Assembly: GCF_036321535.1 (NCBI RefSeq)
Contig: NC_087437.1
Span: forward strand, 67,272,001-67,336,000
Length of the DNA: 64,000 nucleotides
From: Camelus dromedarius
Taxonomy: Eukaryota
Direction of reading: 5' to 3'
Of this stretch, positions 38,626 through 49,942 are shown piece after piece. Under the pieces are notes generated by a model. It was not told the origin of the DNA and ran no database searches. It saw only the letters and a list, made by a program, of their open reading frames with translations. How positions within the stretch are numbered: position 1 is the first letter of the stretch; every line of letters begins with the position of its first letter. A program made the translations under genes and the position numbers.

Positions 38626-39294
38626 TTCTATTTTGTGAAATACCTAGTAGAGGGTCCAGCACACAGTAGGTGCTTAATCAATGCTTATGCCTTTCAGCTT
38701 TCCTCCATCTTTCCTCAGTTCCTTGAAGGCCATCTGTTCTGCTAACCGCCACATTCCCGCCTTTCTCCTCCACTTTGTGAATATTGATTTTGAGACTGGA
38801 AGGGAAACATTTATCATTCTTAATTGCAGTAAAATCATTACAGTGGTGTTAAACATTCAAATAGAAATTAAGTTCCACTGCATAATGCAAAGACAACTAT
38901 TAATCTGTGCCAGTAGCCAAACGTAGGAAAAGTGATATGGATAAAATGGATGTGATGTATTAACAACATCATGATGCTAAGGAAGGAACTTCGATCCAAG
39001 AAGAATAGTTATACTTTACAGGCAAGTCTCTCTGTTTCAGAATGGAGGATCAGCAGATAAATTCCTGCAGCTAAATCACAAAGTAGAGGGAAAACTTAAA
39101 AAAATAAAGTCATTTAATTTCCAAGTAATTATCAACACTGTCAGTGGAACATAAAGTTGCAAACACTGATACATAAAGATTTATGTTCGTTCTTATACAA
39201 ATTAGCATGAAAACTGATTAGTGGACATATTCTCTGCTCCTCTGTTCCTGACCAAATAAAATCTCAGCCCTTGAGATGGTCAGGCAAGACTTTC

Positions 39295-40152
39295 AACTGG
39301 GGTCTCATGCAGGCTTTGGGGGACTTGAAACTTAGATAATGTTTGGAGCCCTCTTTAAGAAAAATATGAAATAATGAAATAAAAGTTAGGTAGCAAAGTG
39401 AACACTTGCTCATCCTAAATGAGAAAAGAAATCACACCCATTATAAATTTTTTTAAAAGGATAACAAATAATGCAGTCACCACAAAATCCAAGAGAATGA
39501 CTTATTGTTAATTTCCTGCCCACTACACCTCTATAATACTCTCTCCCTATATGTTTGGTTGCATGCTCTTTGATCATCTTTTCATATAACTGTAATTTCT
39601 TAATATAATTTTCTATAGAGAAAATTTACTTCTCCAGCATGGCTGATAGAAATTTGTAATTGTTTAAAAATGAGTTTTCTGTTTCAGAATTGGGAATGCT
39701 GCATCTGCAACTTTCTCTGCGGGATCTTGCTCAGAAGGTGCTTCTCACCTTAGGGCAAGCCTTGGAGAAGCCTATTCTTTTGATGTCTCTTGTCTTGGCT
39801 CCCAGAGCGGCTGCTGCAGCAGCTGGTCTTGCTCCTCAGGTATTCAATGCCCATCCTTTTGCCAGAACCTTCCTTCTGGATTTCAAAGAGCAACATCTCT
39901 TCTTCTTAGAATCAGAGATGGTGTCCAGATGCTCTTTAGGTCCACCAGAGACAATTTTTGCTGGAGGACAGGTGGATATGGAGGTATTTCTGTAAGTGCA
40001 GTCCCAGGACACCAGGAGAGGGTCTCCATCGGCAGCTAAGGCTGCTGCTTCCTCTTTGTGTCCGTGGAGTGAAACCTCACTAGCCTTAGCAGGGGTGAGA
40101 CATGGGAATGGTCTGGAGCTTAAACATCATTAGCTTAATGTTAAATCTAACT
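39295..40152. mobile_element. hAT DNA-transposon fossil with MER53-like ends
   Basis: gagccctctttaagaaaaat..aaagttaggta at left; agcttaaacatcattagcttaatgttaaatc at right. Confidence 0.65.
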
Positions 40153-40559
40153 CTTCTCTCAATCTATCCTCAATCTCTTTCTAACTTGCAAACTTGACTA
40201 ATAGTTTTTCCCCAAAGATGCCTTTATCTTTCCCACTTTTGGCCCAGAATCATTCTATTATATGTATCTGGGATGCCTTCCCCTGACGTTTACCTACTAA
40301 GATCCCTGAAAGCCTAGATCAGATTCTATGTTCTCATGAAACCTTTCCTAATTCTCCTTACCAGATGAGATCTTGCCTATGTCTGAACCCTTTTAGTGCC
40401 TACTGTCCTCAGTTTCCACAGGGACTTTTCCAACATATCTTTGCATATCATTAGTATGCACATTCATGTATTCATGGAAAAAGAGCAGGAAATTTCTCCA
40501 GCCAGATAGAAGAGAAGCCAAAAACAAACATAAAATCATTTAATTTTCAAGTGTTGAAG

Positions 40560-41035
40560 TATTCATTCATCCAACATACCCTTCCCATGCTAAAGCTGGA
40601 ACTGCAATACTGAGCAAGTCAAAGTTCTACCCCTATTGAGTTTACAGCTTATGGGAGGCAAACATTGATTTCAGGTATAGTGAGGATAAGAGTTTTAAAG
40701 GAAAAGAGCTGTGCCATTATAAGGTAGTAACAGGATTCTTCATGGAAGGGAAGGGTATGAGATCAAAGGATGAATAGCAGTTGGCCAGATAAAGGAGTGA
40801 AAGGATTCCTGGCAGAAAGAACAGCATTAAAAGACCCTAAGGTAGGAAGGATCTTGTTGCATTTCAGAACCCTAAAGAATACTTATTATCATGTGCATGT
40901 CTTTTGTAATTATTTGTTTCTATGGCTCTTTCCTCTTATTTTATAAATTTCTGAAAGACAGAGAAGATTTCCTAAGCATTTCTGCATCAGTTCTGTCTAT
41001 CACAGTATCTATCATATGCTCATTAAATGTCTGCC
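40560..41035. mobile_element. L2 fragments (minus, then a plus-strand 3' end)
   Basis: attcattcatccaaca..; ttcctggcagaaagaacagca; cacagtatct..tgctcattaaatg. Confidence 0.6.
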
Positions 41036-41112
41036 TAACTGGCCCAAACCTCATTTGTTAAATGAAGGAAAGCATAGAGCCTATGTCAGAGCATACAGAA
41101 TCATCAAACTCA

Positions 41113-41273
41113 TCTTTCATATCTCATCGACTCGAAGATGCACATATCTTCATTTAACATCTTTGAAATTGGGATACTTTTTACAGTTGATAACATCTTA
41201 CAAATACATTTGGCATGCTTTTTCTTTCTTAGTAAATAAAACAATGACATGGTATAATCAATGAAATATGGTA
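41113..41273. mobile_element. MER104-like Tc2/TcMar miniature element
   Basis: tcatcgactcgaagatgcaca..tttaacatctttgaaattgggata..caatgaaatatggta. Confidence 0.55.
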
Positions 41274-42499
41274 GATGTCTTCATAGGGCTAAATTTCTCA
41301 TTGTTAATTTGAAGATATAAGTGAGTCATTTTCATAATTTTTAATTTTTCCAGACTAATTTTTTGAATTCATGACTAATTTGAGTTCATTGATAGATAAA
41401 GTCTTGCTTTGGACGGATAGAATTGCAGAGGTAGAAAAACATTAAATGACTTCAATTCCACTTTTCATTCATTCCAAAGTATAGTGAAGACTTATTATTA
41501 TTTTCTGTCCAGAAGTACCCTGTGGCTTTCTTCCCATTGCCAGGAACTTCTGCCTTCTTCTCTGGGACAATGTCTCTCTTCCTTTCTTTCTCTTCGATGA
41601 TTACTGTGGGATGAACAGTGTTAATATAATGGGATCCTGATCCTTGGCCACATTTGTCTGGTCCAAATTGCATTTGAATGGGGCATAGTTCCTTCCAAAG
41701 GAATTTGCGGAATTTGCGTTTGTGACAACCATAGAGCTTTGGATCAGCTACCATTTTGGGTACCTGATGTATAAGGTATAAAATTTGTGAAGTTTTAGGG
41801 TTCACATTCAGTCATAGAAACTGAGAGGCAGAGGAAGCCTCTCTGTGGCCAGAGGGAAGAGAGCAGTAGGCATGCAGTGATGGAAGAACTACGCACATGA
41901 TGGCTTTGGGGCCTTGTCTGTGTTCCTATTCATGGCTTTCATAAGACAACCAGCAACCTTATGGTATATACTCTTTTGGCTTAACTTCCATGTAATTGCA
42001 AACAAATTGCAACCAATTAAAACAAAAAGAAGGTCATCTGATATATGTAGTACATGCATATCTGGGAGAAATTGCCAGTTTGATTTCAAACCACTTTAAT
42101 AAAGCAAATATTGCAATAAAGCGAGTCACACTAATTTTTTGGTTTGCATAAAAAAGTTATGTTCACACTGTATGTAGTCTATCTAGTGTGCAGTAGCGTT
42201 ATGTCTAAAAAAGTGTACGTACCTTAATTAAAAAACACTTAATTGTTAAAATATGCTAACCATTGTCTGAGTCTTCAGTAAGTTGTACTCTTTCTGCTGG
42301 TGGAGGGTCTTGCCTTGATGTCAATGGCTGCTGACTGATCAGGGTGGTGATTGCTGGAGGTTGAGGTGACTGGCAATTTCTTAAAATATGACAACAGTGA
42401 AGTTTGCTGCATTTATTTATTGACTCTTCCTTTCACGAATGATTTCTCTGCAGCATGCAAATGCTCTTTGATAGCATTTTACCCACAGTAGAACTTCTT

Positions 42500-43940
42500 T
42501 CAAAATTGGAGTTAATCCTCTCAATCCTGCCACTGCTTTATCAGCTAAGTATATAATATTCCAAATCCTTTATTGTCATTTCAACAATCTTCATAACATC
42601 TTCACCAGAAGTTGCTTCCATCTCAAGAAACCACTTTCTTTGCTTATCCATAAAAAGCAACTCATCTGTTTGTTTTACCCTGAGATGGCAGCATTTCAGT
42701 CACATCTTTAAGCTCTACTTCTGATTCTAGTTCTCTTGCTGTTTCCTCCACTCATCTGCAGTTCCTTCCTCCACTGAAGTCTTGAACCCCTCAAAGTCAT
42801 CATGAGGGTTGGAATAAACTTCTTTCAAACTCCTGTTAATGTTGCTATTTTGACCTTTTCCCATGAATCACAAATGTTCTTAACAGCATCTGGAAAGGCA
42901 TATCCTTTCCAGAAGGCTTTCAGTTTACTTTGCCCTGATCCATCAGAGGAATCACAATCTATGGCAGCTATAGCCTTATGAAATGTATTTCTTAAATAAT
43001 AAAACTTGAGGGTTGAAATAACTTCTTGGTCACTGGGCTGCAGAATGGATGCTGTGTTAGCAGGCACGAAAACAACATGTATCTTGTTCATCTCCTCAGA
43101 GCTCTTGGGTGACCAGGTACATTGTCAGTGAACAGTAACGTTTTGAACAGCATCTTTTTTCTTGAGAAGTAGGACTCAACAGTGGGCTTAAAATATTCAG
43201 AAAATCATGTTACCAATAGATGTGCTGTCATCCAGGCCTTACTGTTCCATTTATAAAGCATAAGCCGAGTAGATTTAGCATAATTCTTAAAAGCACAGAG
43301 ATTTTCTGAATGGTAAATGAGCATTGGCTTCAACTTTAAGTCGCCAGCAGAATTTGCCCCTAATAACAGCCTGGCCTTTGAAGCTTGGAAGCCAGGAATT
43401 GACTTCTCTTTAACTATGAAAGTCCTAGATGGCATCTTCTTCCAATATAAGGCTGTTTTGTCCACATTAAAAATCTGTTTAGTATAGCCACCTTCATGAA
43501 TTATGTTAGCTAGATCTAGATAGCTTGCTGCAGCTTCTACATCAGCACTTGCTGCTTCACCTGGTACTTTTATGTTATAGAGATGGCTTCTTTCCTGAAA
43601 CCTCATGAACCAACCTCTGCTCACTTCAGACATTTCTTCTGCAGGGAAGAGTTAACACCTTGCTCTGGACTGGGCTTTGGCTGAAGGGACTGTTGTGGCT
43701 GGTTTGATCTTCTATCCAGATCACTGAAACATTCTCCATATCAGCAATAAGGCTGTTTTGCTTTCTTACCATTTGTGTATTCTTGCTATTTGTCCACTCA
43801 CTTACCATTGAGTAGCACTTTTCATTTCCTTCCAGAACTTTTCCTTTGCAGTCACAACTTGTCTGTTTAGTGTAAGAGGCCTAACTTTTGCCCTCTCTCA
43901 GCTTTCAACATCCCTTCCTCACTAAGCCTAATCACTTCTA
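42500..43940 (-). pseudogene. Frameshifted Tigger1 (pogo/DDE_1) transposase remnant
   Basis: ORF-track pieces [40 protein letters not shown] and VVFVPANTASILQPSDQEVISTLK. Confidence 0.9.
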
Positions 43941-43952
43941 GCTTTTGATTTA

Positions 43953-44614
43953 TAGTTACATTTTTTAAATTGAAGTATAGTCAGTTATAATGTGTCAGTT
44001 TCTGGTGTACAGCAGAATGTCCCAGTCTTGCATATACATACATATATTCATTTTCATATTCTTTTTATTAGAAGTTATTATAAGATATTGAATATAGTTT
44101 CCTGTTCTATACAGAAGAAATTTGTTTTTTAATCTATTTTTATATTTAGTGGCTAACATTTGCAAATCTCAAACTGCCAAATTTATCCCTTCCCACCCCT
44201 TTTCCCCCGGTAACCATAAAATTGTTTACTATGTCTGTGAGTCTGTTTCTGTTTTGTAGATGAGTTCATAGTGTCCTTTTTTTTAAATTCTTTTTTTCTT
44301 TTAGATTCCACACATGAGTGATAGCATATGGTATTTTTCTTTCTCTTTCTGGCTTACTTCACTTAGAATGATGATCTCTAGGTCCATCCATGTTGCTGCA
44401 AATGGTGGCATTATTCTTTTTTATGGCTGAGTAGTATTCCGTTGTATAAATATACCACAGCATCTTTATCCAGTCATCTGTTGATGGACATTTAGATTCC
44501 TTCCATGTCTTAGCTATTGATGTAGTGCTGCTATAAACATTGGGGTGCATGTATCTTTACAAATTAAGAGTTCCCTCTGGATATATGCCCAGGAATGGGA
44601 TTGCTGGACCATAT
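43953..44614 (-). mobile_element. Young 5'-truncated camelid-type L1 inside Tigger1
   Basis: Perfect 14-bp TSD tagcttttgattta at 43939-43952 and 44615-44628; ORF2 C-terminus (AKTWKESKCPSTDDWIK). Confidence 0.95.
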
Positions 44615-45469
44615 TAGCTTTTGATTTAAAGGGAGAGATGTGGAACTTTTCCTTTCACTTGAACACTTAGAGACCACTGTAGCATTATTAATTGGCCTAA
44701 TTTCAATACTGATGTGTCTCAGGGAATAGGGAGGCCTGAGAAGAGGGAAAAAGAGAGGGGGACAGCCTCTTGTCATAGATTCGGTTGGCAGAACAGTCAG
44801 GACACACAAAAAAATTGATCAATTCAGTTTACTTTCTTATATGGATGCGGTTCATGATGCCCCCAAACAGTTACAATGTTAACATCAAAGATCATTTGTC
44901 ACAGATTACAATGACAAATATAATAATAATGCAAAACTTGGAAACATCATGAGAATTTCCAAAATGTGACAGAGACACGAAGTCAGCACATGCTGTTGGA
45001 AAAATGGTGCTGATAGATTTGGTCAACGCAGGGTTGCCACAAGCTTCAATTTGTAGAAGATGGAACATCTACTAAGCATAATAAAGCAACGTGCAATAAA
45101 ACGAGGTTTGCTTGTGTTCCCAGAAAGTGGTCATTTAGTACCTGCGTTAATGTCCCCAGTGGGAGGGGGAGCACACCATCTCCCTGGACTCCACTCTGGT
45201 GTGGGGAAATGATGAATGTCTGGAAACTCTATTCATATTGAGACGAAATAGCTTCCTGTGTCTTCTGCAGGTGGTTAGCAGTTCTGCGTGCCAGTCCAAA
45301 CAGAGTGGGCCTATCTTGTCTCCTGCTTGATGGCCCCTCAGCCTTGTTAATTACTATCCCATCCTCTAAGCCTTCTTTATCCAGGAGAGATAGCCCAGGT
45401 TTATCAAATTAAATTTGTTCTCTTTATTCATTTTTGAGGAGTAGGGGAAAGTGTTAAAACAACAAGAAA

Positions 45470-45705
45470 AACAATAATAGCAACAACAACAAGAAAATCT
45501 AACTTTTAGAGTGCACTTATTTTGGACCAGGTACTGAACTACATGCTTTACATACTTCAGTTCACTGGATCCTCACAACAACCTTATGAGATAAAGACTG
45601 TTATTTTGCCATATTTGCTGATAAGGAAACTGAGGCTTAGGAAGATTAATTTACCCAAAGTCACTCAGCTGGTAAGTAGCACAGCCTGCATTTGAACTTG
45701 AGAGA
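45470..45705 (-). mobile_element. MIR SINE
   Basis: atcctcacaacaaccttatgag...gataaggaaactgaggcttag..cccaaagtcactcagctggtaag. Confidence 0.9.
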
Positions 45706-46302
45706 TATCACTTCATAATTAGTAGATAGCCTTGTCCAGGCCTGCTTTGGCGAAAGAAAAACATCTTCAAAGAAGTCAGTAGTAGTTCTTGGAAATTCTG
45801 TGACATGTGACTAAAAAGTGGGCTCCGCAAAACAGTACATTGTAAAATGAATTTACCCCTCAGAATCGCCCATTCCCCTGGGGAAAATGTCCTTAATTTG
45901 TGACCGAATCTAAGAGTCCCAGAATACACTCATCTGTTATCTTGGATCTCTTGGACAAGATTTTCGTGGAAGGCATCTTTCTCATCTCTATGAGACATGG
46001 CTTTATGTAATTTTGTTTTATTTTTCACATTTGTTAATCACCCTCAAGATGCTGAATGTTCAGCAAACCAGCCATAAAGAGGCAGCCACCCAGTTAAGAA
46101 CACAAATGCACATATGTTTTATCAACAGAAAAAGGCAAGTTCTGCTGGTTCTCCTTTTCCCTGGGATGAACATGTTGAAGAAGTGAAATGCAGTGAGGGT
46201 AAGAGAGGAAAAGTAGGTGAAAGGTGACAACAGAGGGATGATTTTTTATATTTGCTTTTAAGCCATTTTGGGTTATAACAATAATTTCTATTTTGGGAGC
46301 AC

Positions 46303-46770
46303 TTGTGTATTATGTCAGGGTCCCAGAAGCAGACCCTGAGACAAGGATTCATGTCAAGTAATTTATTAAGTCAGTGATTCCAGGAGAGGACAAAAGGAGA
46401 TTAGGGAAGTAAGATAGGAAAAGGGGCAGAAACCAGACCAGGTTGTGATTACAGGTGATGCACCTGCCTTAATCTGGTCCCACTGGGAACTTGAGAGCCC
46501 AAGGTAAACTGCAGTGTTTATCTCACCCACAGGCCAGGGAGCTGGGCTCTCAACTCCTACATCAGACTTTGGCCACAACCACCAACATGAGGATTTTAAT
46601 CTCCAGATTCTGTGTTTTTAGGTCAAAACCTCTCCGGTAACCCGAAGATAGTCCTCTGAGAGAAACTGGAGGTGTCAGCCATTAAGACTGAAGCAAATGG
46701 AAGCTGGAGGATGGGCACACAGAACAAGTAAGAGGCATCCAAGGGCATCTGGTCATTGCAACGACCATGG
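46303..46770 (-). mobile_element. ERVL LTR (LTR16-like)
   Basis: cccagaagcagaccctgagacaaggattcatgtcaagtaatttatt. Confidence 0.65.
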
Positions 46771-46779
46771 TCATTGCAA

Positions 46780-46990
46780 CTCATCATGTACCAAGTACTG
46801 TGCATGCCTTTTAGTTAATTTGCACTATAATCTAGCAAGGTGAGAATGATTATCTCCATTTTTCAGGGGCAAAAATCGTTTTTGAGAGGTTAAATAACAT
46901 TGTCTAAGTTTGCATAATAGCCAGTAGGTGGCAGAGTTGGGATTTGACCTTAGATTTCTCTAAAGCCAAAGCTCATGCCCTTCCCACTGT
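46780..46990 (-). mobile_element. MIR SINE containing a CTCF-consensus match
   Basis: gagaggttaaataacattgtctaag..ccagtaggtggcagagttgggatttga. Confidence 0.8.
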
Positions 46991-49942
46991 GTTCCCTATT
47001 ACCTTTTGGTAGGCAGCTTCTGCTACTTACAACACTGACTCTCAATTAAATTTCAATTCAGTGAGCACCTACCACGTGTCTAATGTTCTGTTTGGCATCA
47101 CAGATGTAAAGATAAATAAGATTTAATTTTGCCTTTAGGAGATTGCTTTCTTGCAAGGATGATATATAGAGGCACAGAGCTAAATAATGTAACATGTGAA
47201 AATGCCACAATAAGTTTATGAATTAAGTATTAAAGATCATGCAAGGAGGAACAATTAATATTGCCTACAGGGGAAAAGGGAGGTTTCAAGATGGGACTGT
47301 CATCTTAGTTAAGCTTTTACATGTGAGAAGGATTTAAGCAAGTCAAACTTCAGCTCTCAGTACCTATCAGAAAGCAATTTAAACAGGGACATGGAGGGGC
47401 TGTTCAACATTGGGTGATTATGTAACTTCTATACATCTTCCAAACTATCTAAAATAGAACTTTGGCCTCTCTCAAACTTCAGCAGACATTCAGCAAGTCG
47501 TTTTTTTCAACTCCATTCATAGGTTTATTTGTTTATTCCCATTCAAAATGGTGACCTCTCTGATGGGGACTTTTGGGAATACTGAAGACAAGTCCTGAAA
47601 CATGTGAACAGATGATTAAACTGATTAGGGCCAAGGTCAGGGCCAAAGGCCAAGGGCAGTGGTGGTTCTGGAAGCCAAGAGTAAGTGGAGTTGAGATTGA
47701 CTAAGCGATAAGTGAAGGAGTGGTCAAGAAAGAGGAAGAGGTGGTAAAGAAACATCGCAACTCCTCTTTCTTCCACTTCACAACCTGGGTTTGACACGGA
47801 CATTGGGAGGGTCCTCAGGTCACACACATCAGCTTATCTCTTCCTTAATCACTTGGTCACTCTCTGTCACTCTTATATACCCTTTCTTTAGTCAACATCT
47901 ATGGGAGGAAAATATGATCTGTTACTGTAGTATTCAAGACTGATTGCTTAGATTCTGGGAATGAGAGGGAAGCCTCCATTCTGGAACTCCTAGGTGTCCT
48001 TATTATCATAATAATCACTTATAAAAAGTAAATAAGTGGCTGAGGAGAAGGGGCTTCACTGAATAGTAGAAGAGGTAAGAATTTATGAAAAAGAATCACA
48101 AGAATGAAAAGGACATTAAGAAAACTTTTCATTCTTTCTCTTGCCTCCAGGCAGTATCATGCTGGAATGACATGATAAATGTTGTTTTTGAGAACTGTAA
48201 CTTGAAGTCATTACTAGAGATCCTTGTATGAGGGCTGTTGCCTTCTCTCAGTGGTAGATAAACGATCCACAACACACCGTATCCTTTGTAGCAGGAGGAT
48301 TAGATGTGTGTATGTAAGTATTTTCAGTTAGGTTAATAACTACTTAAGTGACATAAATTTCATGGTCTTTACGAAGCAACTTAAAGCCCACATCATGGAA
48401 AAATAATTAGCAAATTCCTGACTGATGTTTCTGGCATCAAATCTTTGCTTTCTCTTCTAAAATTAAGTACTGGGGTTCAGGAGACCTTTGTCCCTATTAA
48501 AGATTTTGTTGCAAAGTAGTGTTTGAAGATCTGGCTCCTTAGTATGTTAAAAATCATGACTATATCCAGAGTTAAAATTTAAGACATCCTTATATAAGGG
48601 AAACCGCTAACTATAAACATCATAATACTGACCATAACTACCAATAGGATCCACACGATCCAGATAGTTGTTTATAATAACTCCCGGAGCTCTTGATTTG
48701 AAATTTTGTAAAGAGAATTTTACTGCAGAAATACTTTGGCTTTATAGAGTCAGAATTACACAACTTACTATATACAGTAATCTTGAGCATGCTGTGGAAT
48801 ATCGTATGACTCATCATCAGGGACCCTGCCTGGGGAGGGTTATATGGTCTTACCCAGTTCAACTGAGGCAGGGCCATTTGACTTTCCTAGGCCATCACAG
48901 TGAGAGGTGCGCGTCACTTCTGGGCAGAAGCTTTATGAGGTGGCAGGAGGCTTGCCCATTTTCCCTGACTGACATGACTACACGGTACTGTAACCACTCT
49001 GTGATGGATAGTGTGAACAAGATAGCAACCCTTGTTGAGAGATTTGGGGATAATATGTTATCCCCCCATAACAGCCTATCTTGGCTAACACACAGTAGAC
49101 AAAGTACAATTAATGTACATGTCATGGGACAATATGAATTTTCCAAATCTTCCACACCAAGGAAATGGGAGACTTCTTACCCCATGTGCTAAGAATTATT
49201 TCTGTCTTTGGCTTAACATATTTTTGGTTTGTTTCTGATTTATTAATTCCCTTTTTCTATAGCCTCTGCTGTTTTTGTTTGGTAGTAGTCTGACCACTTG
49301 AGTAGTCCATTCAAGAGACTCAATACTAATTACATAGGACACTATTTTCAATATTTTCATTGTTAGAACCCCAAGTTCAAATTTGAGTAGTTTTTTTCTA
49401 ACTCTTCCCATAGCCCTAGTTAGCTCTGTTTTTATTTGCATCAGATTCTCTGCACCAGTTTTCTTCTTGCCTCCAAAGGTGGTACAAAATTACTGTACAA
49501 GGGACTATAGAAAGTAGAAGTGTTAATTATTTCTCTAGAAATGTCTTCTTTATCTGTATGGTGTTGCAATTTTCTTCTTTATCTGAAGACTTTCTGTATT
49601 TTGCCACATAGAGCCATAGTATTGAGTTAGGGAATTCTCTTTTTGACTAAAAGATTTCTAGGTTGAGTTTAACCTGCAGAAGGGTTTCATCAATGATCAG
49701 AGTCATAGATACCATATTGCTTCTTGTATGAACTTTCTCCCAGCTTTAGCTTCTCAATATTCTTACTGTTTAACCCTTTTATGCTCACCCTGGTAGGTTA
49801 TATTTAGTGCTCTAAATACTGTGTTCAGTAGAAATACTTCTCAAGTGAGTTCAGAACTCAAAGGAAACATGGCCACTTAGCAAGTATTAAAACAGCTGCT
49901 ACTTCTCAGATCTTTCTGTCCTCAACTCCCCTGCCCCCCACA

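Larger units (their letters stand above)
42053..45114 (-). mobile_element. Tigger1 DNA transposon, end to end, interrupted by an L1
   Basis: Degenerate TIRs catgcatatctgg and cgaggtttgcttg; TA at 42051-42052; transposase remnants on the minus strand. Confidence 0.95.

Noticed and set aside
39840..39910. RPL7A/RPL14 processed pseudogene
   Set aside because: Short patchy resemblance only; the flanks do not follow those sequences.
43205..43633. Domesticated transposase gene (TIGD1-like)
   Set aside because: Split over several frames, interrupted by an L1 and still flanked by TIRs.
48900..49900. Bornavirus-L-like endogenous viral element
   Set aside because: Only scattered short resemblances to recalled sequence; no GDN or other colinear diagnostic motif.
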